DNA of 64,000 nucleotides from an uncultured Planctomycetota bacterium (lineage in GTDB: Bacteria; Planctomycetota; Phycisphaerae; Sedimentisphaerales; UBA12454), in the NCBI GenBank assembly GCA_903847315.1, contig CAINDG010000047.1, positions 15,109-79,108 on the forward strand, given 5' to 3'. The notes beneath the pieces are model-generated. The model did no database searches. It worked only from the letters and a program-made list of their open reading frames with translations, and had not been told where the DNA came from. Positions within the stretch are counted from its first letter, which is position 1. Every line of letters begins with the position of its first letter. A program made the position numbers and the translations under genes. Below are positions 9,161 through 18,835 of the stretch, in pieces.

Positions 9161-10537
9161 TCAGTGCTCTACCGGTTCGCCGAGAATGTTTTCAATTTCT
9201 TTAAGCTGCTTGTCCAGCAGTTCCTGTGTCTTTGCCTCGACATTTAATCTTAAAAGCGGTTCGGTGTTGCTCGATCTGCAGTTAAACCACCAGTCCTTGA
9301 ACTGTACCGTTATTCCGTCAAGGTCGTCCGTATCGCCCTGGCTGAATTTGCGTCTAATCTCCTTGGTCACTTCTTCCTTATCATCGACAACAAAATTTAT
9401 TTCGCCGCTGGCATAATATCTCCGCAGCGGCCTGATGAGCTCGCTTATCGGCTCTTTGGATGCGCTTAGTATATTTATCATATGCACAAACGTAATAAGA
9501 CCTGAATCGGCATAGAAATTATCGCGGTAATAAAAATGTCCAGACAGTTCCCCGCCAAAGACCGCTCTTGCTATCCGCAGCGTTTTTTTCATAAACGCAT
9601 GGCCTACTCTTTCACGTCGCGGCACACCGCCTGCCTTTAAAATCTCCTCGCGAACAACCCAGCTGCTCCGCAGGTCGTAAACTATTGCCGAGCCTGCCGC
9701 TTTTTTCAAAAAGTACGGCACCATAAGAGCCGTCAGCAAATCGCAGCCGATGGTTTTCCCTTTTTCATCGACCATTATCAGCCTGTCGGCGTCGCCGTCA
9801 AAACATATTCCTGCGTCTGCTTTGTGCTTTTTGACGGAATTTCTCAATTGGGTAAGATTTTTCTCAACTAATGGATTGGGGTCGTGTTTGAACTCCCCTT
9901 TATGTTCGAAGTTCAGCTTAATAATCTCAATGCCGATATCTCCGAAAATCAGCGGGACCATTTTGCCCGCCATACCGTTCGACGCATCGACAACGATTTT
10001 TAGAGGCTTCACATTTGAATCAAGAAATTTAAGGATATGTTCCTTATATGCCTTTGTCAGGTCGCATTTCTCAATCATCTCGCCCGCTGCGCTGCGAGTA
10101 TGAAGCAGTGAAGTCGCGATATGTTTTATTTCTTTTAAGCCAGTATCGACCCCGATTGGTTTTGCCTCAAGGCCGGAAATTTTAAAGCCGTTGTACTGCG
10201 CCGGATTGTGCGAAGCTGTTACCTGCACCCCGCCGCAGGTGCCGAGATGATTTATCGCAAAATAAATCTGAGGCGTGTCTATCAAACCGACATCGATAAC
10301 CTTTGCCCCGGCAGCGTTCATCCCGCGGATAAGCGCATCGGTTAGGCTCCTGCTGTGCGTCCGCATATCATGGCCGACACAAAGACTCTGGCGGTTGGCG
10401 AGCCCGCGGTCATAGCCTCGCAGCATAGACCTTAAAAACATCGCGGTCGCATTGCCTATCTTCCAGGCAGCGTCTTCATTTAACTGGTCAGGATAAACGC
10501 CCCTGATGTCATAAGCCTTGAAAATCGTCGGGTCCAT
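9161..10537 (-). CDS. phosphomannomutase/phosphoglucomutase
   Basis: Active-site loop VTASHNPAQYNGFK, metal loop FDGDADR and sugar loop GGELSGH. Stops 5 nt before the LarA-like start. Confidence 0.9.
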   Translation of the reverse strand: MDPTIFKAYDIRGVYPDQLNEDAAWKIGNATAMFLRSMLRGYDRGLANRQSLCVGHDMRTHSRSLTDALIRGMNAAGAKVIDVGLIDTPQIYFAINHLGTCGGVQVTASHNPAQYNGFKISGLEAKPIGVDTGLKEIKHIATSLLHTRSAAGEMIEKCDLTKAYKEHILKFLDSNVKPLKIVVDASNGMAGKMVPLIFGDIGIEIIKLNFEHKGEFKHDPNPLVEKNLTQLRNSVKKHKADAGICFDGDADRLIMVDEKGKTIGCDLLTALMVPYFLKKAAGSAIVYDLRSSWVVREEILKAGGVPRRERVGHAFMKKTLRIARAVFGGELSGHFYYRDNFYADSGLITFVHMINILSASKEPISELIRPLRRYYASGEINFVVDDKEEVTKEIRRKFSQGDTDDLDGITVQFKDWWFNCRSSNTEPLLRLNVEAKTQELLDKQLKEIENILGEPVEH

Positions 10538-10656
10538 TGAAAATAAACTCCCTAAAAATTGTAATATCGTGTGGAAATTGTACTTACAGCAGTCTTAAAG
10601 GTCAAATGCTATTTTGCTCCTCGACAAAAACAAAACTTAAGTTAAACTAAACGCCT

Positions 10657-11697
10657 ATGGATAAAGACCTGAAAAGCAAAACGCTTATAGAGATTCAGTC
10701 AATTATCGCAGGCTTCGGCGGTAAAGGCTATCTTGCGAAATATATATACAGTTTTATTCACCAGCACAACACAAACGACATTAACCTGATAACCACCCTG
10801 CCCAAAGAGTTCCGCGCGAAACTTTCAAACGACGGTTTTTACATTTCTAATCTTAAAATCGTAGAAAAGCTCAGTGACCCCGACGGCACAGTAAAATATC
10901 TCTTTGAAACCGCCGATGGTCAGCAAATTGAATCTGTCCTGCTCGACGAGAATGGCCGAAAGACAATCTGCGTTTCAACTCAGGTCGGCTGCAGGCTGGG
11001 ATGCAGATTCTGCGCAACGGGTTATCTTAAATTCGCCAGAAACCTTACCGCAGGAGAGATTGCCGACCAGGTCATTACCATTTCCGCTGACAGCGGCTGC
11101 AAAATAAACAATATCGTCTATATGGGTATGGGTGAACCGCTGGACAATTATGAAAATACTATAAAAGCCGTGAGAATTCTCGCTGACCCGGCAGGCAAAA
11201 ATATCGGTATCCGCAGACAGACAATCTCCACCGTCGGCCTGCCCGACGGAATAAAGAAACTTGCCAATGAAAATATTTATCCTCGCCTTGCGGTTTCACT
11301 GCACGCCCCTGATGATGAATTGAGAACACAGATTGTGCCGGTGGCAAACAAATATCCTCTGTACGAGCTTCTGGCAGCAATGAAACATTACAATCAAAAA
11401 ACCGACCGCAGGATAACCATTGAATATTGTATGATGGAAGGCGTTAATGACGATCCCGATTTGGCTCGCAAACTTATTCAGCTTTTGAGAGGTCTGCACG
11501 CAAGCGTCAATCTTATTGAATATAATCCTCATCCCGGCGCCAATTTCAAACCTGCCGACCGTGACAGGATAAAAATGTTTAAGGATATTCTGATGCAGGC
11601 TGGTATTGAGACAATAATAAGATTCCGCCGCGGCACCAGCATTAAAGCCGCCTGCGGCCAATTAGGCGCCGACAGAATAAAAAAAGCTAAAATATAA
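10657..11697 (+). CDS. rlmN: 23S rRNA/tRNA (adenine-C2)-methyltransferase RlmN (radical SAM)
   Basis: CVSTQVGCRLGCRFCATG radical-SAM cluster, GMGEPLDN, and a C-terminal ACGQL catalytic Cys. Confidence 0.9.
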   Translation: MDKDLKSKTLIEIQSIIAGFGGKGYLAKYIYSFIHQHNTNDINLITTLPKEFRAKLSNDGFYISNLKIVEKLSDPDGTVKYLFETADGQQIESVLLDENGRKTICVSTQVGCRLGCRFCATGYLKFARNLTAGEIADQVITISADSGCKINNIVYMGMGEPLDNYENTIKAVRILADPAGKNIGIRRQTISTVGLPDGIKKLANENIYPRLAVSLHAPDDELRTQIVPVANKYPLYELLAAMKHYNQKTDRRITIEYCMMEGVNDDPDLARKLIQLLRGLHASVNLIEYNPHPGANFKPADRDRIKMFKDILMQAGIETIIRFRRGTSIKAACGQLGADRIKKAKI

Positions 11698-12395
11698 TGG
11701 AAATAATCGCACACAGGGGATTTTGCAAAGACGCCGTCGAGAATACACCGGCTGCGGTTCTGGCCGCCTGGCAGATAGAAGCCGACGCTGTGGAAATAGA
11801 CGTAAGACTATCCAAAGACAACAGAGTCGTTGTCATTCACGACGCAAATACAAAACGCATATCAGATGTTCAACTCCATGTTTCTGCCGCGGATTTTAAA
11901 CGGCTTACGGAAATCGGCGTAGTAAGCTTTAAGAAAATACTTTATGCCATCCCGGAAAACAAAAAAGTTTTTACAGAAATAAAATGCAAAAGCGAAATCA
12001 TCGGCGCCTTGAAAGCTGAAATTGAAAACTCCGCCAAACAGCGGCAAATCGTACTCATCGGTTTTGATTTCCGAACAATGAAACAGGCAAAAATAGCGAT
12101 GCCCGATATATACGTATGCCTTTCGGCAAAGGCAAAAAGAGGCTTAACAGGCAAATTTGTTCCTTACAGCGGCAATCTCATCGAACGCGCCTGTGAAAAT
12201 AAATTTTCAGGCCTTGCTCTGGAATATAATTCAATAACAGCCGATTTTGCCGATGCGTGCAGAGGTGCGAACCTGAAGATTTTCGCCTGGACGGTCAACG
12301 ATGCTGAAACGGCAAAATTCCTTGACGACTGCCGAATCGCGGGCATAATAACCGACCAGCCCTGCCTGATTAGAAAAGCTATTGAAAAGGAATAA
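11697..12395 (+). CDS. glycerophosphodiester phosphodiesterase family protein
   Basis: IIAHRGF and VEIDVRLSKD motifs. The start overlaps the rlmN stop (TAATG). Confidence 0.8.
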   Translation: MEIIAHRGFCKDAVENTPAAVLAAWQIEADAVEIDVRLSKDNRVVVIHDANTKRISDVQLHVSAADFKRLTEIGVVSFKKILYAIPENKKVFTEIKCKSEIIGALKAEIENSAKQRQIVLIGFDFRTMKQAKIAMPDIYVCLSAKAKRGLTGKFVPYSGNLIERACENKFSGLALEYNSITADFADACRGANLKIFAWTVNDAETAKFLDDCRIAGIITDQPCLIRKAIEKE

Positions 12396-12396
12396 T

Positions 12397-13041
12397 ATGA
12401 TAATATCGCCAAAAGGTATAATCTTCGATATGGACGGCGTTCTGGTCGATTCGGAACCTTTCATAATAAAGGCCATAATACAGGCACTTGCCGAGTTCGG
12501 CCTGAAAATCACAGCTGAGGATTTCCACCCATTTACAGGAACAGGTGAAATAAACTGTATCCGCGGAATGGCAGAAAACCACAACTTTTCAATCGACCTC
12601 AAAGCTGCCACAAAACGCACCTACGATATTTATCTTGAAATAATAAAGGGAAATTTAAAGCCTCTGCCCGGAGCAAAGGAATTTGTCAATACCTGCCGGA
12701 AACTCGGCAAAAAAACCGCTATCGCCTCAAGCGCAGACGGGCGAAAGGTCCGGGGCAATCTGGCCCAAATCAATCTGTCCGCAAAACTCTTTGACGCTGT
12801 CATCGCCGGCGAAGACGTCAAACACAAAAAGCCGGCGCCTGATATATTCCTGCTTGCCGCTGAAAAGATAGGCCTTGATCCAAAGGATTGCCTGGTAATT
12901 GAAGATGCGCTCAGCGGAATAAAGGCCGCAAAGGCCGCAGGCTGCAAATGCCTTGCGATTACTTCAAGTTTCACGCCCGAACAACTTGTCGGCGCTGATT
13001 TCTATGCTCCCGATTTAGCACACGTACCATTTGATTTTTAA
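12397..13041 (+). CDS. HAD-family hydrolase (beta-phosphoglucomutase-like)
   Basis: IIFDMDGVLVDSEP (motif I), ASSA (motif II), KPAPDIF and EDALSGIKAAKAAG (motifs III/IV). The ATG at 12397 with AAAAGGA is preferred over the TTG at 12382. Confidence 0.85.
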   Translation: MIISPKGIIFDMDGVLVDSEPFIIKAIIQALAEFGLKITAEDFHPFTGTGEINCIRGMAENHNFSIDLKAATKRTYDIYLEIIKGNLKPLPGAKEFVNTCRKLGKKTAIASSADGRKVRGNLAQINLSAKLFDAVIAGEDVKHKKPAPDIFLLAAEKIGLDPKDCLVIEDALSGIKAAKAAGCKCLAITSSFTPEQLVGADFYAPDLAHVPFDF

Positions 13042-13056
13042 TTTTATTATATAAAA

Positions 13057-13083
13057 AGCCCCTCCATTTCCCATAGAGGGGCT
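13057..13083 (+). terminator. hairpin after the HAD gene
   Basis: Perfect 8-bp stem agcccctc/gaggggct with a 10-nt loop, flanked by an A-run upstream and a weak T-run downstream. Confidence 0.45.
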
Positions 13084-13239
13084 TCAATCTAAAACCTCCC
13101 AAATGCCCATCACCCGCGGGCAACTAATCATCTTCCTCCCGCAAGCCATCATCTTCTTCCCGTAAGCCATCCCGCACCTATTTTCTCCGCCCGCTATTTT
13201 CATAAGCTGAGCTGGAATAGGAAATAGGTGCGGGATTCT

Positions 13240-13998
13240 TTATGTACAACAGGGCTGTGCGTCAAAACCGCAATAGCCCATCTCTTCACTGAGCTGTTTT
13301 ATGCGCCACCAGATTCTTTCATCTTTAATAACATCCAGCGCGACCGGATATAAAATATTGTCTTCCTGAAAGATATGCTCCCGCATAATAGGAACGATAG
13401 CGGAAGAAAGGGCGTTAACCTGAATCTTAAATTGCACCGGCTCAAAATTTCTGAAGTTATTCACAGCCATTGTCAGGTTGCCCACCATATTTTTGATTCG
13501 CCAGTGCGCCTTTTGCATAACCGCGCAAATACTCCTGCACGGATAGGCCTCCAGCGCCGGAAATATCAAATCGTCTTCTCTCTGATTGTGAATATCTATC
13601 GCCTGCAGATGGCCTGCGATATGGCCGAGTCTGCGGAACTCGCTCGACACTTCCGTCAGGTCCTCTACCTCCTGAAGCATCAGATTGTTCTCTTCAAGGT
13701 CAGCCAGAAAACATTCAAACATCTCATGCTCAGCCAGGATTCTGCGAACCGGATGGTCAGGCCCAAGGTTTGCCCGCAAAAGCGCAAACTGGTCGCCCAA
13801 GATAGAAGCAAAGGCATAAACAAGAGTACGAAGCTGGTCAAGCGATATGCCTGTACCAACAAGATACTTATGCGCTCTGCTGATATCGGTTAATCTCAGG
13901 GTTGAAAGTAATTGGCGGGCTTCCTGTCTTATTTTCCCCGGGTCCTCCCCACTGCGGACGCGTTCAAGTATATCGGCGAGTCTCCGTGCTTTTTCCAT
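13240..13998 (-). CDS. hemerythrin-domain protein with DUF438-like N-terminus
   Basis: N-terminal ILERVRSGEDPGKIRQEARQLL is DUF438-like. HHE-type His/Glu motifs are present (LAEHEMF, EDDLIFPAL, MREHIFQEDNILYP). The ATG at 13998 has AAGGAGG upstream; the ORF-track start at 14043 is rejected. Confidence 0.65.
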   Translation of the reverse strand: MEKARRLADILERVRSGEDPGKIRQEARQLLSTLRLTDISRAHKYLVGTGISLDQLRTLVYAFASILGDQFALLRANLGPDHPVRRILAEHEMFECFLADLEENNLMLQEVEDLTEVSSEFRRLGHIAGHLQAIDIHNQREDDLIFPALEAYPCRSICAVMQKAHWRIKNMVGNLTMAVNNFRNFEPVQFKIQVNALSSAIVPIMREHIFQEDNILYPVALDVIKDERIWWRIKQLSEEMGYCGFDAQPCCT

Positions 13999-14536
13999 AG
14001 TCGTGCCTCCTTTAGACAACGCCTTGCACTTAGCGGCAAGCATGCTCTAGTAAACACGCACTTAAACACTTAGCTACTGCCTATACGTATTAGTTCGGCA
14101 AACGGGCATAAAAAAATTAATAAAAGCGCATAAAATTTTTGAAATCGTGCTAACATATACACACGCCTGTTAAGACGGGTAAAACAGGCTAAATACACGA
14201 TTACTAAAACGTTTACTGAAAATCAGATTGTCCCAAAAACCCTTGATATGATGTGCATAATGTTATGATATTTGTTGTTACCGCAGTTACAAAAAAAGGT
14301 CCGGCAGGTCTGCGAGCCGACTATCAGGCAGTCGGAGACCGCCAAATTTTTTCTCCTATTCTCCCAATAAGCTCAGCATCTTCCTGCCGGACCAGTATAA
14401 TAAACTGCCTCAAAGAGACAGTATAAACTGTTATCACAAACAAGACCCCTACCGTCGGGAATAAATGCACATCCGTTCCAATTGAATCCTCTTCAATTTA
14501 TTACACACCTGCGCATCCGCAGGAATAAAAGCTTTA

Positions 14537-15430
14537 TTACAGAAAAGTCTTCAGCACGCCGGCCACGTGCATCGCCAGAACCATCAGATAATCCAAATCG
14601 CTCAGGCTGTAATGCTCATGCACCATCGCATTGTCAACGTATATGACGCCGTAGCTGCCGGTCGTACGTTTGATACTTGCTATCATCGCTGAGCGTATTC
14701 TTTCAGATGTTTCAAGTTTTGCGGATACCTGGGGAAGAACCAGCGATTGGCCTCTCTCAAGCGATTCCGTAATCTTGGGACTCAGTCTTATCTGGCTCAG
14801 CTCCAAAGGTTTGCCGTCGCGTCTTTTACCCAACTGAAAAGTTGCCGGGCCGGTCTTCTGACTTCTTATGCCGCACCAGACACGAAAAGCGGTGAACTGC
14901 TGCAATGTCAGATTCAGCAGGACAGGCATCATCTCATCAAGATTTTTAACCGCACCGATTACTTCAACGGCCTGGGCAAAATCCGTTAATCGCCTTGCCG
15001 CCAGTCTCATGGCCGGTGCATGCGCCGCATCAGGCTTTCTCACTATCACTTCATCGCGAGGCGTGGACAGCGATGCCGATTCCAAAGTAACTGTGTCATC
15101 GCTCGCAGCGGCTGTCTCTTCTTTATCGGCGAGATCTCCGGAAATGACTTCTATGGTGAACTCCGCTATTTTTACTATGTCGCCGTTTTTGATATCGGCT
15201 TTGCGAATCGCTGCTCCGTTTAAAAATGTTTTGTTGGCTGAATCCATATCTTCAAGCGACCATCTGTCGTCGTTAAAAGAAATTATTGCGTGCTGGCGTG
15301 ATACCCCCGGGTCCGGCAGAGTAATCCTGTTGTCGGGCTTTCGGCCGATAGTGACAGAGCCCTCCTGAACTGCAATTGTATTCATTACCTGGTCGCCCCG
15401 CTTTACAATCAGTTGTATCGATTTGCCCAT
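14537..15430 (-). CDS. FHA-domain protein with C-terminal GAF-like domain
   Basis: GRKPDNRITLPDPGVSRQHAII...NKTFLNG is a canonical FHA core. The C-terminal ~150 aa are GAF-like. Confidence 0.75.
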   Translation of the reverse strand: MGKSIQLIVKRGDQVMNTIAVQEGSVTIGRKPDNRITLPDPGVSRQHAIISFNDDRWSLEDMDSANKTFLNGAAIRKADIKNGDIVKIAEFTIEVISGDLADKEETAAASDDTVTLESASLSTPRDEVIVRKPDAAHAPAMRLAARRLTDFAQAVEVIGAVKNLDEMMPVLLNLTLQQFTAFRVWCGIRSQKTGPATFQLGKRRDGKPLELSQIRLSPKITESLERGQSLVLPQVSAKLETSERIRSAMIASIKRTTGSYGVIYVDNAMVHEHYSLSDLDYLMVLAMHVAGVLKTFL

Positions 15431-15629
15431 ACTCTTCCTTCTAGCCGATTAAAGATTGGCTGCTTTTATTACCCCATAAAAGTACCAAAGTCTTTCACAA
15501 AATGCAATCTCTTTATAATTCTACTTTCTAACTCTATCCTTGTTAAGTGTTTAGCAAACATTTGAAAATATTTACAATTTTTTACAATTTTCCCCTTGCT
15601 TTTTTACTATAATTTGTTAAAATACCACT

Positions 15630-16058
15630 ATGTTAGATAATAATATAACAAGAATAGGGCTTTTTATGAAGAAAATGGGCATAACCAAAAAAGAGCTTTT
15701 GATGCTCTTTGAGAGGCTGACGGCGAGAGTGGATATGCTTCCTCAGCAGCAAAAGGCGTTAGTAAGACTGTTTCTTGCCGGCCAAGGCTATAAAGACATC
15801 GCGAAAATCGCATCCGTCAATGAGGCGAACGTCTCAAGAAAACTAAGAAAAATCGCAGACAGGATAAATTGCGACAGTTTTATAGCCGCCCTGTCAGAGA
15901 ACAACAGTATGCCCGCGGAAAAACTGGAAATAATCAAAGACCACTTTGTAAATGGACTAAGCGCAAGAACAGTTGCAAAAAATACAGGTCTGTCGTGCTA
16001 TGAAGTAAGCAAAATAATACATCAGATAAAAAATCTGTCCGCGAAGCGGACTCCATAA
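15630..16058 (+). CDS. small DNA-binding protein with two sigma70-region-4-like HTH modules
   Basis: LPQQQKALVRLFLAGQGYKDIAKIASVNEANVSRKLRKI and a second HTH GLSARTVAKNTGLSCYEVSKIIHQI. The alternative start at 15666 (MKKMG) cannot be excluded. Promoter TTGCTT-16-TGTTAAAAT at 15596-15623. Confidence 0.55.
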   Translation: MLDNNITRIGLFMKKMGITKKELLMLFERLTARVDMLPQQQKALVRLFLAGQGYKDIAKIASVNEANVSRKLRKIADRINCDSFIAALSENNSMPAEKLEIIKDHFVNGLSARTVAKNTGLSCYEVSKIIHQIKNLSAKRTP

Positions 16059-16091
16059 TTTTGATATTTTATTTTTTTATACGAGGAATTT

Positions 16092-16739
16092 ATGATTACC
16101 ACATTAACCGCAAATAAAAAATTTGACTGGAACCTGCCGCTGACAGAAAAGGCTGCCGACGTTATGCGGGCGTTCGGCATAACAGTACAAAGATTAAAAA
16201 ACAACGCCATCACACACAGTTGCGAAATTAAACTGTCGCCAGGCGAAATCTGCTATATCACAGGGCCGTCAGGCAGCGGAAAAAGCGTCCTGCTGAGAGA
16301 ATTTTACAATACACTCAACAGCAGTGATAAAATCAATATCGACGACATCCCCCTGCCTGATAATAAAACTTGTGTTGATTGCATCGAGGGTGGTTTTCTG
16401 GACACATTAAGAACATTAAGCAACGCAGGTCTTACCGATGTCTTCTGTGTCCTTAATTCTCCCGCGACACTGAGCGAAGGCCAGAAATACCGCTACCGCA
16501 TAGCAAAGGCCATTGGCAGCGATAAGCAATTTATCTTTGCCGATGAATTCTGCAGCCAATTAGACAGAGTAACCGCGGCGGTTATCTCTCATAACCTTAG
16601 AAAATTCGCGACACAGACCGGCAAAGTGTTCATCCTCGCAAGTTCACACGATGATTTGCTCAGCGATTTGCTGCCTGAAGCGATTGTTATCAAACATTTA
16701 GCGGGTGATGCTGAAGTTATTTACAAAAACCAAAGGTGA
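16092..16739 (+). CDS. stand-alone minimal ABC-type ATPase
   Basis: Walker A GPSGSGKS, signature-like LSEGQKYR, Walker B FIFADEF, H-loop SSHD. 215 aa, no TM segments and no permease nearby. GAGGAA RBS. Confidence 0.7.
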   Translation: MITTLTANKKFDWNLPLTEKAADVMRAFGITVQRLKNNAITHSCEIKLSPGEICYITGPSGSGKSVLLREFYNTLNSSDKINIDDIPLPDNKTCVDCIEGGFLDTLRTLSNAGLTDVFCVLNSPATLSEGQKYRYRIAKAIGSDKQFIFADEFCSQLDRVTAAVISHNLRKFATQTGKVFILASSHDDLLSDLLPEAIVIKHLAGDAEVIYKNQR

Positions 16740-16742
16740 AAT

Positions 16743-17483
16743 ATGCAATGTACTATTAAAAAATATCTGAAGATTGTTGCGGGAACTATCGCCGATTACA
16801 AACCATTGTCCCGATTTCATTATCGCGATTGTCAGACTGGGCCTGTATCAGCGGTTTACAAAATCATCGATACTCATCCGATGCGGGAGCAGATAGAACC
16901 AATCGTCGGGATAATAATTTATTCAATGCCTGCCTGCTCGGTGCAATTGCGCAATATCGCGACAGAAGGACTGTTTACAAAATTAGGCTCAAGCTCTGTA
17001 AATATGCAGCTGATCAATCAAAACATTCGCACAATAGCAAGGGTTGTAATTGAGCCGCGGTACAGAGCTTTGGGCCTTGCGTATGAATTAGTGCAAAAGA
17101 CAATGCCGCTTTTGAATATGCCTTACATCGAGGCTCTTGCGGTGATGGGCAAGGTCAATCCATTTTTTGAAAAGGCTGGAATGATGAAGTTTCAGGGCAC
17201 AGAGCCTGCAAGAAGCGTAAGGCTCCGCAATGCTCTAAGTGCCGTCGGCGTTGAACAGGCCGACCTTGTCGATATCGAAAGGACGCACAATAAATTGCAG
17301 GGTTTGAATGAAAAGGCAAAGAGTTTTATTGAGAAACAGATAACGGATTTTCTTGCCGCCTATGGCAGAAGGGCGAGAAACCTGCCGGCCTGCTTAAAAA
17401 GGACGGAATTACTTATCAGCAGACTTTCAGACAGACCCGTTTATTATCTTTGGCGAAACGCTGACGTGAAATTGAAGATTTAA
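16743..17483 (+). CDS. GNAT-fold-like protein of unknown function
   Basis: RVVIEPRYRALGLAYELV resembles GNAT motif A. Starts 3 nt after the ATPase stop with an AAGGTG RBS. Confidence 0.45.
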   Translation: MQCTIKKYLKIVAGTIADYKPLSRFHYRDCQTGPVSAVYKIIDTHPMREQIEPIVGIIIYSMPACSVQLRNIATEGLFTKLGSSSVNMQLINQNIRTIARVVIEPRYRALGLAYELVQKTMPLLNMPYIEALAVMGKVNPFFEKAGMMKFQGTEPARSVRLRNALSAVGVEQADLVDIERTHNKLQGLNEKAKSFIEKQITDFLAAYGRRARNLPACLKRTELLISRLSDRPVYYLWRNADVKLKI

Positions 17484-17625
17484 GATTTGTCATACCCGCC
17501 CCCATTTCCATGAGGGTAAACTCCAGCGGGTATCCAGTAGTAAAATTGAAAATATGGATTCCCGTTTTCACAGGAATGACAGTAGGCACGAAGTTATTTT
17601 ACAAGTTCATATGAGAAAACAAATA

Positions 17626-17651
17626 AAAAGGCCGGTTCAGGCCGGCCTTTT
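17626..17651. terminator. bidirectional rho-independent terminator
   Basis: aaaaaggccgg-ttcagg-ccggcctttt between convergent genes, with an A-run and a T-run on the two sides. Confidence 0.7.
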
Positions 17652-17673
17652 ATACTGTTTACTTTAAAATTTC

Positions 17674-18582
17674 TTATGCTGTCTTTTTTCTCAGCATCAC
17701 CATACCAAAGCCGAGCAGTAAAAGCGTGGCGGGTTCGGGGATTTCGGCAATCCGGAACCCGACAAGGGCGCTCTCATCTCTCTGGTCAAAGCTGGTTCGG
17801 TAGGACGACGAAACGACGATAGCGCCGGGGCCATGATGGTAAGCCCCGCCGCGAGTGGAACGAAATAAACCGTCAAAAATAGTTTCATTCCATTCCCAGA
17901 GATTCCCCATCATATCGAAAGTGCCGTTCTGTTCTTGTGTACCGGTGCCTACATTCCAAGGTAGGCCGCCGAGAGCACCGTTGTAAAGCGAGTCCACACC
18001 AGCAATAGGGGCGGTATTTGCTCCGTTGGCATAGAGCGAATAGCCGCTGCCGTTGGGCTTGAAATAAGCAGCCTTGTACCATTCATCTTCAGTCGGTATG
18101 ACATAAGTTATGCCATAAGAAGAAATAGCTGCGTCACGATTTATTCCCAAAAAATAGCCTGGATTGGTATTATTGCCGCTGAACTGATATGCCCCCTTGC
18201 TTTTGTCGCCGCTGGTTAAATAGTTGCAGAACTGGGTTGCCTCATACCAGCTTAAATTATTGGTCGGCTGCTGGGCACCGGTGAAAAGTGAGGTATAGAT
18301 ATAACCACTGTCATTGCCTGTGGGAGCACCGGCAACAGCTGTGAACGCGTCCCATTGAGCATTGGTCACCTCGTACTTGCCGATACGGTATTCATAACCC
18401 ACAGCACCACAGATGCGGTCCGGGCCTAGGCCGCCAGCACCTTTTCCCGAAAGCTCACCCGCATTACCCGCGTTGCCGATAGTTACAAAATCCATCTCAA
18501 TTCCTCGTATAGTATCTGCAGAAGCAAAATTAACTGCTGCCATCACACACACGAAAACTATCAAAACTCTTGCTTTTTTCAT
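17674..18582 (-). CDS. FGE/SUMF1-domain protein with PEP-CTERM anchor
   Basis: YRIGKYEVTNAQW, PTEDEWYKAAY, GNLWEWNE and RGGAYHH (formylglycine-generating-enzyme fold). C-terminal IPEPATLLLLGFGMVMLRKK. The ATG at 18582 has a GAGGAAGAAG RBS. Confidence 0.75.
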   Translation of the reverse strand: MKKARVLIVFVCVMAAVNFASADTIRGIEMDFVTIGNAGNAGELSGKGAGGLGPDRICGAVGYEYRIGKYEVTNAQWDAFTAVAGAPTGNDSGYIYTSLFTGAQQPTNNLSWYEATQFCNYLTSGDKSKGAYQFSGNNTNPGYFLGINRDAAISSYGITYVIPTEDEWYKAAYFKPNGSGYSLYANGANTAPIAGVDSLYNGALGGLPWNVGTGTQEQNGTFDMMGNLWEWNETIFDGLFRSTRGGAYHHGPGAIVVSSSYRTSFDQRDESALVGFRIAEIPEPATLLLLGFGMVMLRKKTA

Positions 18583-18835
18583 TTTCTTCTTCCTCTTCAA
18601 AAATTGTTATTATTTTTTTCTTCTCGAATAATTTGCGCAGAAATACCGCTGGATTGTAAACGGATGGGAAATCCCCAAAATTTCTCTCATTTTCTTCCTT
18701 CTCCAAAAGCAGCTTATTATTATATACATTTCCTGGTGCAAATCAAGAAAAAATACGGTTAAAATCTCTTCGACTCGGCTTAAAATGTGGTAAAATGACT
18801 GCCGGCCTTGAAATGAGAAATAAAGGGTTTATGTT

